DNA of 64,000 nt, from assembly GCF_001194135.2 (NCBI RefSeq), contig NC_068986.1:85138166-85202165 (forward strand), written 5' to 3'. This DNA comes from Octopus bimaculoides (lineage: Eukaryota). The translations under genes and the position numbers were made by a program. Under the pieces are notes generated by a model that was not told the DNA's origin, did no database searches, and worked only from the letters and a program-made list of their open reading frames with translations. Below are positions 1 through 13,400 of the stretch, in pieces. Position 1 is the first letter of the stretch. Each line of letters begins with the position of its first letter.

Positions 1-8
1 CGCTCCTC

Positions 9-9
<1 letters not shown>

Positions 10-73
<64 letters not shown>

Positions 74-128
74 TCACTGCCGGAATCGAACTCAGAATCT
101 TGGGGTTAATAGCCCGCGCTCTTAACCA
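10..128 (-). mobile_element. Inverted copy of the same tRNA-like/(AAT)n module at the PLE 5' side
   Basis: The reverse complement of 62-128 (TGGTTAAGAGCGCGGGCTATTAACCCCAAGATTCTGAGTTCGATTCCGGCAGTGACCTGAATAAT) aligns with 1100-1165. Confidence 0.85.
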
Positions 129-158
129 GTATTATCACCGATAATAACCAATATATGC

Positions 159-1050
159 ATGGAATACTTTGAGAATTTGGCTTTAGGATCATCACCGCTA
201 AAACCAACCCTATGGCTGCGATATATTGATGACACCTTTATACTCTGGCCCCACCAGGAAGATGTTCAAGTGCTGTTATATCATGTGAACTCAATAAAGC
301 CATCCATACAGTTCACAATGGAAAAGGAAGAAGACAAACAAATAGCATTCCTGGACGTATTTATAACATACACTAAGTATGGATTCACGACATCCGTATA
401 CCGCAAGCCGACCTTCACTGGACGATACCTCAACTTCAATTCCCACCATCCATACAGTGTAAAGAGAGGGATTGCTCAGTACCTAAAACATCGAGCAATG
501 ACTATAAGTATTCTATTAAGTATTTTATCTATCAAGCAACTACCCCCAAAACATACTGTCCACTCCCATTATGAAGAAAAGAGAGGATGAAGCCAATAAA
601 CTGTCCATATGTAAAAGGCCTCTCCGAAAAGATACAAAAGGTATGCGGCCCATATGACATCAGGATAGCATTCAAGAATAATATGACACTTCGCACCAAT
701 AGAAGAGAATATGACCAAAAACTGCCTGTACTCCATCGCATGCAGCTATGATAGGTCACACAAAGGCGAAACATGTCACCCTCTCAAAATAAGGTGAGAG
801 GAACATCGCAAAGCTGTGACACGAGGAAATATTGATAAATCGGGTATAGCTGATCATGTATGGAAAAATGGAAACCACTTCCCCCTGTGGGATGGAGTTA
901 AAATAATAGACAGAGTACACCATTGGGAAATACGAATACTAAAAGAAACAGCATATATGCTAGGACACAACAACCTCCTAAACAGACTGAGTACAGATAT
1001 GAGTAGCATATGCGAACCAGTATTAACGAAGAATAGGAAAATATAAGATA
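159..1050 (+). mobile_element. Penelope-like retroelement, 5'-truncated and disrupted (RT C-terminus plus GIY-YIG endonuclease)
   Basis: ORF 159-590 reads WLRYIDDTF..IQFTMEKEE..FLDV..VYRKPTFTGRYLNFNSHHP. The downstream disrupted frame reads YSIACS..KGETCHPLKIR*EEHRKA..SGIADHVW, typical of PLE GIY-YIG domains. Confidence 0.9.
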
Positions 1051-1083
1051 TATAAACCCTAAAATTCACTCCAGAAATGCCCA

Positions 1084-1335
1084 CGGGCATATGGCGTAGT
1101 GGTTAAGAGTGCGAGATACTAGCTCCAAATTTCCGAGTTCGATTCCAGGCAATGACCTGAATAATAATGATAATAATAATAATAATAACATCATCGAAAA
1201 ATATTTTTGGAATGAGAACCCAGGTCTGAAATTTCCCCAAGGCTGAAGGGTGTATCAGCCAAAAAGCTGTGTTAACAAGATTAGGACTTATATCCGTCAA
1301 ATGTAAATAATGTACATAATTCCTCATCTCTTATA
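1084..1335 (+). mobile_element. PLE 3' terminal module: tRNA-like head, (AAT)n and pseudo-LTR
   Basis: Box A-like TGGCGTAGTGG and box B-like GAGTTCGATTCC, then an AAT repeat, then a hairpin GGCTGA/TCAGCC at about 1240-1260. Confidence 0.7.
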
Positions 1336-3060
1336 ATAAAGTATAGCTTCCTCACCTATAAAAATCTCAAAACCTCTGCACTTCGTATATAATGTTCTTG
1401 AAGTGATAAAATTACCCCTTCCATGTGCCTGTATAGTGTGTGGGTACTGTATATCTCTTTTTGGATTAAAACATGAGCACAAGTTGACCTATAATTGATG
1501 GATTCTTTAGTCTAAAAAAATTGTGCATTTGATTGACTAGCTCGCGCGTGGAATTATATGTATGTTTGTATCAACAGACCCTATCTCTGATATATGAGCA
1601 GTAGCTTAATATCGGCATTTCTTGGGTTTCGGAGAGGGTCAGAACTAAAGTGATCTTGACTATATTTTTCTTTATACAGAACGCAGCTATGAGAATTTTG
1701 CAGATGTATGATCGTCATAAAAAGTAGTGTGGGTCCTAGTATTTGGAGCGAACTTGTTTTATACATGGAGATAATGACCTCATAGGAAGCCAACTTCGTT
1801 ATGTTTGTGCCAAGTGTGATAACTGTTGTTCTATATTTTTCTTCTCTTGACCAACTCGGGGCACACCAATACTATGCATTTTCTTGCCAGTTGCTAAAAC
1901 GAAATTTTTGCCTCAATTCATAGGAAACAGTAAATAATACATTCACTGGTATTACAGAAAGTTTGTTGATCTGTCAAAAACTTAGTGAATGCAATTCACT
2001 AAATTCACTATTTGTGTATCATACTAATTGCCTATACGCCGCAGCGATATATGATGCTTGAGGTTTTGTCTGAGAGTAAAATCTCTTCATCGACATATAG
2101 TAAAACCACAATATATATACATATCGGAACGAGGCGAACGCCATCGCAGCTATGACTCATGAGTTCGACAAACGTGTTCCGCTCCACGTGAGGCTTCGCA
2201 ATGCCGTGATGGGACGGTATGTACTCTGTATGACAATCTGGTATATATTCTGTTTTTTAATATAACATGTAATGAAAGCATTTTCTCTCGCGCAAAAACC
2301 ACACCATCGTGCTTTTCACCAATGTATATATCCATTTAGTCTGATACCCAGATGCCGATTATATTCCAGGCTGTTTTTAGCGTTAGAACAGAGAAGGGAC
2401 ACAGAAGGGATGATTGCTGATTCAAATGCACGTCAAGCTCGATCAAGCAGGCATGTAATAGAATATATTTCACCCATAACCATTCCGTCTGTTAGCAGTA
2501 ACAAGAACGGTGCTAACTAAGGTACCAATCCCATTAAGACGTTGCAATATGATTTGAAGAAAATTGATTACTAGCTGTTCGAGCGACCACATAAAAGTTA
2601 TCACAATGACTCGAACGATATACGAAAATAAGATGAAGTAGGTGACAGTACGATAGGAGCAGAACTTTCATCGCAAGTGATTAAAGTTGAACTTGAACAG
2701 ATTTGAACTCAGAGTGAAGAGATGCAGAAAAAAATAATTTAATGTATCCATTCCACTGTTGCAATGAAAACCTATTTATAACCAATAGCTCATCTAGGGT
2801 TATAGGCGGCATTCATCATCTCTTTAAAAAGATTATGTACCATTTGAGGTATATTGTCTTTTTATTCTAGGAGATCATACCGAATCGTAACATTAATTTT
2901 ATTTCATAGATGTGTGCAAACACAAGGCTATATAATTTTGGAATTGCAGACATGAAGACACAGCTGCTCCAATCGCGTGTCTTAAAATGCTAAATCGAAT
3001 GACAAATAATCTTAGAGTCAAGAGAATCCGATCGGAGTAATACACAAATGTCTAGCTTAC

Positions 3061-3261
3061 CCAAGAGATGGGCTGGAATAGTAGAGACAGATTCTTTCAT
3101 CACTGCCGGTCCATAAAATTGAGAAAGTTTGTGACGGACGTAAGTGTGAAGTTCAACATAGAGGGGCTTGATTTCCCGTAACAACTGGTCTGATAAAACT
3201 TCGATCCACTGTGGAAACTCATAGTACTTTTCTCGTTGATACTCTCCAATATCGCTAAAAC
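3061..3261 (-). CDS. ACE: ACE-like coding exon 5
   Basis: (G)FSDIGEYQREKYYEFPQWIEVLSDQLLREIKPLYVELHTYVRHKLSQFYGPAVMKESVSTIPAHLL-G. Acceptor ttttccag|; donor G|GTAAGC. Confidence 0.95.
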
Positions 3262-4413
3262 CTGGAAAATACACATCGAAATAAGAAATGAACGTAAAAC
3301 GTCAACGTTCAGAACCAAATTTGTAATATAATTAATGAAATTAATAATGAAACAGATGTGTGAGCGTACATTTATTCACTTTTAACAAACGTCAACACTC
3401 GAAGTAAAAAACAAAACACGCACAAATACACCTAAAAACACAAATGCAAACATATACAGAGAGCTATTATTTATGTGAGCATATGTGTCTCTGTGTGTGC
3501 TTGTGTGTGTGTATGTGTGTGTGTGTATGTGTGTGTGTGTATGTGTGTGTGTGTATGTGTGTGTGTGCGCGCGCGCATGTGTATTTTTGTCGATTCACGA
3601 AAAGCGATAAGTTACAGAACTTAATACAAATGTAGAGTGTTATGTAATACATGACAACGGATAGGCTCTGATTTCCAGTTCATCAACGAACTTAGTGGCT
3701 AAAGCTTTGCAGTCATGATCAGTAGATTGTAGATTCGATTCCTGGACCAGGTGGTGTGTTGAGTTCTTGAGCAAGGCACTTAATTTCACGTCGCTCTAAT
3801 TCACTCGGCTGTAAATGGGTACTCCGGTGACGGAGTAGCTTTCTGATCAGAGGAATGTTGGCCTGCTCACTTAGGAGTTAGTGTGTGGTACGAAGCTTGC
3901 TTCCCAACCACTGGTTCCGGCTTTAGTCCCACTCTGCGTGGCATCTTGGGCGAGTGCTGTCTTCTATAACATTAGACCGACCAAAGCCTCATGAGTGGAT
4001 TTGGTAGACAGAAACTGAAAGAAGACCGTCGTGTATGTGTATGTGTGCGTGTTTGTGTGTGTATATGTGTGAGTGTGTGTATTTGTGTATGTGTTAGTCC
4101 CCACATTGCTTGACAACCGGTGTTTGTGTGTTTACATCCCTGTAACATTAGCGGTTCGACAAAGAGATCAAAGAAACAAGTAAAAGATAAACGGTAAAAA
4201 TTGCATGTATATATGATATATGTATGTAATATATATAAATATGAATGAGGAAAAATAATACATAGTTTTCTTGAAAAAAATCCTTTTATTCATTAGATAA
4301 CGGTTTTCTATCGCCATTCTTCCCACATTTTATATAGAAAGCTTCCTTGTATGATTTCGAATGATTTGATTTTTAGTTTAAGATGGCGAAAATGATTTGA
4401 CTGGGAAAATGGA

Positions 4414-4453
<40 letters not shown>

Positions 4454-4513
4454 NNNNNNNNNNNNNNNNNNNNNNNNNNNNNNNNNNNNNNNNNNNNNNN
4501 NNNNNNNNNNNNN

Positions 4514-4563
<50 letters not shown>

Positions 4564-7500
4564 ACTAACACAACCTTCATAATTTCGCAGTCGATAAAAA
4601 TAAATACCGTTCTAGTACTAGGATCAATATCCTCGATTAAGTCTTTCATCATAATTCAAGTTATTGTGCCTTTTCTATAAGCAATATTTAGTACAATTCC
4701 AAATTATTGACATAAAAATCAACAAAACTGTCGACTTCGTGTATAAAGCTCAGTCATACTTAACGTTTATTATCCAATTAATGTTATGAAATTAAATTAC
4801 AACTGAATTATTTCAATATACATAAAGCTTTCGCAATAAATTTATATCTGTTTTCATATCTATCACTAATGTGAAAGCTTGTCCCTTACTCGGTTTAACT
4901 CCACCCCTGTTCTTTGGTTTACTTTTTGTTGAATACACGCAGTTGCAAACATTTGGTTGACATTCCATCTCATGGAATTTCCTCCTTTGCTTTCATTTGA
5001 TTCGGTAACTTGAAATTTACTATGAGTTTCTGCATTAAATCATGCTAAAAATACACTCCGTTTTCAAAATATGCTAGAGACGTTTAGCCCAAGTGTCTGA
5101 TTTCGTTTCGTATTTTAAGTCCTGATTTGATTGTTTACTATACTCCTTCATAAATCGATAAAATTATTAGAACTTCAATATTAATGTCGAACTGAAATTT
5201 TGGCACAAGGCCAGCCATTTCGAGGTAGTGAGTAAATCGATTATATCGACATTAGTATTCAACTGATAATCATTTTATCGACCCCGAACAAGTGAAAAGC
5301 AAAGTCGCCCTCAGCGACATTTGAACTCACAATGTAAAGACGGACAAAATGCCGCTAAGCAATTTTCCCGGTGTACTAACGATTCTATCAGCTCTTCAGC
5401 TGAACTTAGATATTAATAGTGGTTCAGTCACTATACTGCCATATCTATAACGATATGCATTATGAAGAAGTATTCATAGACATCGCAGTTACAAATGGAT
5501 GCGAGCTTAGTTCAATAGAAGCAGCAACTGTATAATCCAGTACTGAATTATGCAGTACTGTCATAAAAAAGTGAGCCACTGTGGATAATACATCCCAGGA
5601 TACATTACATCTGAAATCAAAAGGTGAGATGATCACAGCTGGAATATATTTGAACATATAACTACTGAATTGAGCAATGGTGTTATTAATGTGTGTGAAC
5701 AATTAGTGTTATGTCTCAATACTACACAATGGCTGTGTGAGCATCTCATCCTCGTCGCCACTGTTATGTCTCAAGCTATTGCTATCTGGCACCTTCGAAT
5801 GATCTCTACTCAACCGTTACACAACTGCTACTCGACTGCCTTTCAACACACCTACCACGGCCAGACTACCTCTATTTATATGTCTTGGGAGATCATAATT
5901 CTTCGCCTGGGGGCTTCGACACAACAATTAGTATTCCAGATTCGAACCAACTAATGTTTTGTCTCTTTAGTTCTTACGCTTCAGGAGTAAACATTCATAA
6001 CTATCCAAGGAATATTATAGGACTATAGCCACAAATAATTTGTAGTCGGCTTAATCGATTGTACACTTCCCTTCGTAAAAATAAATCTTTTTCTAACAAA
6101 GTAAAATAATTTTGGACAACAGTAAACAATAACAACTCGGATAGCTTCTTTTTACTTTTCATTTAATTCAACCTTGAGCCATTGTAGCAGCGTTTTCATG
6201 CCTTGAGAGAATTAACTCTGTTGGTCATGATTTTCAATACATTGAAGAACTAATGAACATGATAATACTACACACAAGCTGAACATTCATCTCTGATATT
6301 CATAAAGCATATAAAACCCATCAGACAGTATTAAATTTATTAACACAGCGCCAAGCTATAGCGAGCTGTGAATAATTCTACACGCATGAAATGTCTCTTA
6401 AAATACATACCATGCAATCGTGCTAACGATTAAATGACAGACAGCTCCGGATATCATGTGAACGTTGTTGAAACAAAATTTGCTGCGTTAATTACATTTT
6501 GCCTTCCATTTAACATAACATTTTAATCACATTAATTACTTCATTTGCATTCTGTTTGATCGTCCCAAATAACCCAGGAGCTACATTTTAACGAATTGCT
6601 AATGTTCGATCACTTCTATTGATTAACTTCACAATTTTGACATAATATCCACGGTTTTTAAAAGCATCAGTTACAGAATAATCACAAAATGTCAATTGCT
6701 GCTAACCTAGTACTACAAGTACACCAGTTAGCTGCCATGTTTGCCAATATGGCCGATATAATGACCAATTCTACTCATCAAAATTCCATTCTACATCTAC
6801 TTTAGATTGGTACAGGATTTCAGTCTTTCTAACTTCGTATATATATTTCAAATGAAAATATAAAATAATAATACTAATTAAAAAGGCAATGATGGACACA
6901 GATGTAGTTCCATATCCATGTTTACTACGGGCATTACCAAATATATTTCACCATTTCTGTTTTCGTGAATTAAATAAATTTACTTGATACAAAAGATAAA
7001 CGTAAGCGTTCGACATGTTCATACAATCTTTCCTTCGACAGCAAATGAATGATCGACAAGATAACATTTTTATAGGTTCATCTGTAGTCGGTTGTCCTAC
7101 ATTTTACTACCACTGTGAAACTGTGCTTTTAATTACTACTGTTAAACTTTTAACTAATGATTTGCATATTTTACATTGTGTTCGTAAATTATTGATGTAC
7201 CATCAGAATTTATTTTTCGAACCGAATTTTACCACGGAATATATCCAAACATTAACCACCACTGTTTTCGTGAGTTAAATATATTTACTTGATACATTCA
7301 ATAGATGTAAAAGTTTATCATGTTTATGCAATCTCACTGTGGATAGTAAAACAGGGATCGGCAAGACAACGTCGTCTCACTTATTGCTGTTATTACGTGA
7401 GCGATCAGTTACTCTACACTTTTTCCAACTTACCGCCAAATTGTTTTATTTTAAAATCTCCTTTAGAAGAAAACACACTAATTTGGAGTGTATTTAAGCA

Positions 7501-10369
7501 TCTAACTTACTCTGAAGAAAAATTAAAGGTATATGGTAGAGCTCGAACAGGATTTGCATAACTTATTTTCCATAATTTTCAGATATTCGTGTAAGCCGCT
7601 TAAATGTGTATTGAAGTTAAAGATCGTGTTTTGAGATCCCAGATATTTAAACTCATTTTTAATTAATTCTATGTACTGTTCTAAATTATTTATGATCTAA
7701 ATTGTATTTTCTGCATTACTTAATTAATGGTCTTCTACCTTCATTAAGTAATCGTTGTTTATTGTTCTTTTTGTTGTTATGTAGCATCAGTTCCTCGTTG
7801 ATTGAACTGAACTAAGATCAAAGAAAATTTATCCATGACTATTTCGTTCATTTACGACTATACAGGAATATATTCTCTAATGCAGAAGACAATAGAATGT
7901 GAGTTAAGTGAGCTTTGCTAGCTATTTCTAGCAAGTATAGGCTCATTTGCATATAGTCTTCAAATTACATACGTTCACCTGCACGACCTCTTCATGTTTA
8001 CTGATCTGAGAAAAAAAAAAGAAAAGGAAAACATATTCACCACAAATTTTGCTGTCTCACAAAATGTAAGGTCATATTGGATAATGTAATCCTAGACATA
8101 TACTGACCAAAAAGAAGAGGTAGTCGTTACTTGATTGCTTTGTTTCAAAGTTCTCATTGATTTAAGCAAACCTGGGGCTAAATGATATCTAAAGCCAGCT
8201 TTCACCGGATGAACCTGGCTTGGTAACGTGTACTATACTTTCAGTATTTGTTTTAGACGCCTATGTAGTCACAATAAACCTAGACACCTTCTCTATTGTC
8301 CCACACTTGACCTAACGTCACATTCAGGATGTAAAATTTAAAAGGTAGTCTGCATCATTATTTGACTGCTACCCATTTACAGGTGAGTAAACTAAAACCG
8401 TGTGAAATGAAATACCTTCCTAAGAGCATATAGCAGTGCCCGGTACACGAACTGAACACCCGACATTATGATTTTCAACCTAAATAGCAACAACATCGAT
8501 ATCAACAAGTGTATGTATACTTGAGATGGTGCGAAGATGGCAAAAAGGGAAAGATGTGGGGAAGAGAAAAGTGGGGAAGAAATTGTACTATGTGTTTAAG
8601 TATGAATAATATATCAGCTCGTCAGTTCGTTCTCAGAGATAAGCTTAAATTTAGATTATTTAATCGATTTCCTACATTGGATAAAGCACAGATTTATACA
8701 GAAAGGTCGAGAAATATTTGCGTGGTAACACCATTTAGCATTTTGTTAAACCATCTGCACACTGCATTTTTGATGTTGTTAAGCTCTATGGCAGCCTTGT
8801 TCCAATAAATCTGTATTCAAGGACGTTCTAGCCAAGATCAACTCATTTTTGTTTTTGTTTTTGTTTTGGGGTGTTCTAATTCAGAGTTGGATGCTACTTC
8901 TTGCTGATCAAGCGACTACGTAGCAGATCCTTTGTTTAGCTTACGAGAGGAAAGGTACTGTTCACAATGTACACATTTCAATTGTTACTTTAATTACAGT
9001 AAAACGTTTTAATAGATCTGTAAAATATCGCCGATGAGAAATCTTCTATGTATATCTCACTGAAATCAAACTCTGAAATACGAGTTTAATTATCTGAAAA
9101 AACATGAGGATTACGGCTGGAATGCCTTTCCTTTTAGATTTGTTCTATCAGAAGAAACCTAGCATTAACGAACCTTGTCTTTCTATGAACATCACGATTA
9201 CCATTAAGGTAACATGCTCTTAAAATTCATGGAAAGCTCACTTTCAATCTAGCAATGGAAACGCTTTCAGTTACTCGTGAGAATGTTTCTCTTTTTAATA
9301 TAGCTAAATAACCTAGACACTAAAAGCATAAACATTGCACAAACATACATTTCTTTCTTTTGTCAGAATCCAAAAATTTGTACAAAGACAGTATCATGCT
9401 TACCATTATCAGTGGCACCAATATTCAGTAGATGGACATAATTGGTTAACAAGTCTCGAGTAGAAGGTCCAATTACATCTCTCCAGCCTTTCCAGGCCCA
9501 TAACAATTGTCTGGGATCTCGACTAACTGACATCATTTTAATAAGATCTGGTTCCAAAGACAAGCATTTGCGGGCAGCACAAAGTTTCGATTTCGAATAA
9601 GTTCTAGACATTTGCTGTTGAAACACTTTTTGTTTTCTAATAAATATACAGTAGGTTTCTGATAAAATATACAGCAACAACAATTATAAATAACAATAGT
9701 TCTCAAGGAAATTTCACAGCCCATTTTAGTGGTACTGTATCAGCCATAAAAACTCTTCCCTTGTCGGTCGGAATATTTTGTTATTTCGTTCATAATGCTT
9801 AAATGAACTCCCTGCTGCTTACTTGTATTGATTTAGTGAATAATTATACTATAGTTTGAGAATAATTGAAAATAGATTTGAGCGGTAATATTTCTGATGC
9901 ATTTCAGTAATAGAGGGAAGGTTTCTGTCTGACACTGCACATTTAATACTTAATACTTGTTTTTATTCCTTATGCATGAAAATATATAAGATATGAAATG
10001 CTGCGACTTTGATTACACATATATATGTAGAAGGTTGAAGAGGAACACACGAGTTGATATATATATTCTTGTACTTGCTTCAGTCATTTGACTACGGCAA
10101 CGCTGGAGCACCAGTTTTGAGTCGAACAAGTCGACCCCAGGACTTATTCTTTGTAAGCCTAGTACTTATACTATCGGTCACTTTTGCCGAACCACTAAGT
10201 TACGGGGACGTAAATACACCAACATCGGTTGTCAAGCGATGGTGGGAGGACAAGCATAGATATGCAAACACACACACATACATATATNNNNNNNNNNNNN
10301 NNNNNNNNNNNNNNNNNNNNNNNNNNNNNNNNNNNNNNNNNNNNNNNNNNNNNNNNNNNNNNNNNNNNN

Positions 10370-10402
<33 letters not shown>

Positions 10403-13400
10403 CATACATATGTTTGAATGTGTGCGCGTGCACGAGTGTTTGTAACTTCATGAACTGTCCTGTCATAGGCGACAAATGAGGATTCCATAACATGTTGAAC
10501 AAGCTGCCCTTACTATTTCTTTTATAATAATCAAATATTCATGCTGTACGCTAGCTCACTCTCTCCTTCGAACTGACTTTGCCAGTACATGTGCATGGTG
10601 TGCGATGGATCAGATGCCAAAGGGACCACAGAGTCTCATGAAGTTAAAGGTTTACTCAAGTAAACAATGCATCGCCGCCAGTCCAGGAAACGAAACATCG
10701 ATCTCGCAGTCGTGAATGTAATACCACAGCCTGTAGGATTCTCTCCCCCATACATACATACAAACATACATACATACATACATATACATATATCTATGTT
10801 TGTATGTATGTACACATGTATTATACATATAATTATGTATAGACGAGTGTATGTCTCTATGGAGGTGCAGATAAAGACATGACCAAGTGGTTGCAATTTT
10901 CGTTTCGCATTAGTGAGAACCTAGAATCGATCCTGCTACCTAGCATTATTTTCGAGTACATTTTACCATGGCTTCAGGACAATATAAACGTTTGGAGAGA
11001 GAGTGAATATGCAGAAACTATGGTAACCCATCAAGTAGAGTGCCTTGCAATTCAAATGAAGATAATTGTTACATCCTATGCAATTCTTTCTGCGTTTTTT
11101 AGATACAATATAAGGAAGATCCTAACGAAATATAACCGACATTATAGATGATGGAATTCAACGGTGAATTGTTTTGGAGTTATCAGTACCTTTTATTAAA
11201 AATCATATTAAGTGTTGCTATTCACCACTTACCGAATGATGGCATCACTCTCAGGTACTGCTGTTACAGATTTTAATCTAAGCTGTCTCTTCATATCCAA
11301 ATCATCGAAGGGAAAATGGTCGAGTAGCAGTCTGGAAAATTTTGCCTGTTTTCTGAACCATGCGTCGCTTTGTATAGAGACAGAAATTAACTGTAACAGT
11401 AGAAAAGTAGGAGCATAGTGATCATCTTGAGAAATGCATAAAGAGTCATTCATGAAGCAGGAGAAAGTAACCTGAATAATTCCATAAAATCAGAAATTCT
11501 TATATCATACCTCTGAGAATAATAAAATACAAGTCAATGTGGAAGATCCTCCAAGGCCATTCCGTATTCAAGAAATAGCAGTTAAATCTTTCTCATATTA
11601 CATTCTACTGTCTTAGAACACTGGAAGGACTCATTCGATAACGTAGTCTTATATGCATTTCGCATGTTACATTAAAGATGATCTGGGGTTAAACAATAAC
11701 CATTGAATATCTCACTGAATGTTTGAGGACTCTAAATTCACTACCATTTGTAGCTGTATAAATATTCTGGGCAGTTTAACCACTTCATTACCATTATATT
11801 TATGAGGAAGAAAAAAAAAATTAAAAAGATGAGCGACCGCCTCTATCGGGAGAGTTAATTCACCCAATCATGGCGTAAACGATCATTTATAGATAAGGAT
11901 ATATAGAAATGTTACATATGTCGCACCGAATATCATACTGACATATGTTGTTTCAAATAAGAACTGAAGCTGGTTTGGGGTTAACTTGAAAGAGAATTTA
12001 CTGTTACATTTAGTCCCGTAACTGGAGAATTTGATGATATTATAGTTAAATGTTTGACAGCTAGGCGTTCTTCTTTGTTCTCATCTGACGGTTTCCAGCT
12101 TTTAAGTTATATGTCTTTCTTCGTACTGAAAGAAAGACGATTACACGTTGGGGTTATTATTAAACATTTAGTATTTTTGTCTCTGTTATGATATATCGTT
12201 ACCTAAAACTATGAAACGAGCTTCTACATTGTCTCATGTAAATAACTCAGTTGGTTTGCTCTAGGTTATGGTGCATAGCTCAATCCTTACTGCAACGTTT
12301 AATTTTTATGGGGATGGACTTCTATAATATATATTTTTCCACAAACTGTCGAGCATTTTTTCCCTTTTATTCTTTACCCTTCTGCCTATAGGCGCCTCTT
12401 ACAAAATTGTGGAAAATCCTTTGCATCTCCCCGGTTTAAGTCGTTTCCTTGTTATGCAATGAAGTGTAAGGAAAGGGAAAATAATCTAAAGTTACACCCT
12501 GCAAAAAAAATATATTCCTGATTATAAAGGTCATTATAAGTCATTTTTGTTATTTTAGTATACATGGAGCAATCTTCAGCTTGCTAATCTCCCTGCCTCT
12601 CTAGCTTACTGGCTCAATTGATCTTATATTTATAGACTACATACGTTTAATGTCAGGATTCTAAAAAATTATTACAATTTGATATACATAATAAACAATG
12701 AAATCATTGTACGATGCATGCTAACCAATGTCAACAAGCACTACAGATCATGCCAGAAATTATTTTCTGCAATTTATCAATCCTATGCACGCTAGTATGC
12801 TCTACTACATGATATTTAGTATTTATATTCTGAGTTAACGTTCTAATCTCAAGCAAGAATCCTTTCAAACCGAGATTTCTATTTTGAAAAGATAACAAAG
12901 AAGAAGAAAAAAAGGGCTGAATTTGATTGCATATTTGATAAGAAAGTTCAATAGAGAATAATTTGTCAACATATTTTGAAAAAGTTTTACCGATTGAGTA
13001 AAGGTTTCTAAATATTCAAAGTAAGTTAAATTGGTTCTTACTTGATTACTGTTCTCTTGAGAAATATTCGTCTCATAACGCCATTGAGCACTGTTCAGCC
13101 TCTCGTTCCAAACTCTGCTAACCTCATTGCTGTGTTCTAACCATCTTTGCACAGTCTCCTTTGTCACTGAGTCCTTTAATAGTTGAGGGCCTTCGTTCAA
13201 AATTAATGAGAAAGAAAAGGAAATACACAGAAATAAAAATAGCTCTTTGTAAATTTGTGATTTGCGACTAAATTGTGACTGCTTTTAAGAAAAATACACA
13301 GCTATCTATCTATCTATCTATCTGTCTGTCTGTCTGTCTGTCTGTCTGCCTATCTATCTATCTCACTTTCGACATATATATCTATCTATCTATCTATATA

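Noticed and set aside
1084-1161. Possible tRNA gene (also 36730-36800 and other box A/box B heads)
   Set aside because: The A and B boxes are present, but I cannot build a full cloverleaf with an acceptor stem, and each is fused to repeat bodies. They are treated as tRNA-derived element heads.
1-3060. Search for the next ACE exon (NMWAQ/DMW-type)
   Set aside because: The only ATGTGG on the minus strand (about 2590) translates to unrelated sequence. The next exon must lie left of the window.
6100-6700. Unique AT-rich intronic block with several TAATTA/TAAT motifs, a possible conserved enhancer
   Set aside because: Such motifs are expected by chance at this AT content, and conservation cannot be assessed from one sequence.
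13191-13281. Open hydrophobic in-frame extension (ELFLFLCISFSFSLI) upstream of ACE exon 2 that looks like a signal peptide, with a NAGNAG acceptor at 13281/13278
   Set aside because: It has no ATG and is simply the polypyrimidine tract of the phase-1 acceptor at 13190, which matches the real signal-peptide exon. Minor alternative use cannot be excluded without RNA-seq.
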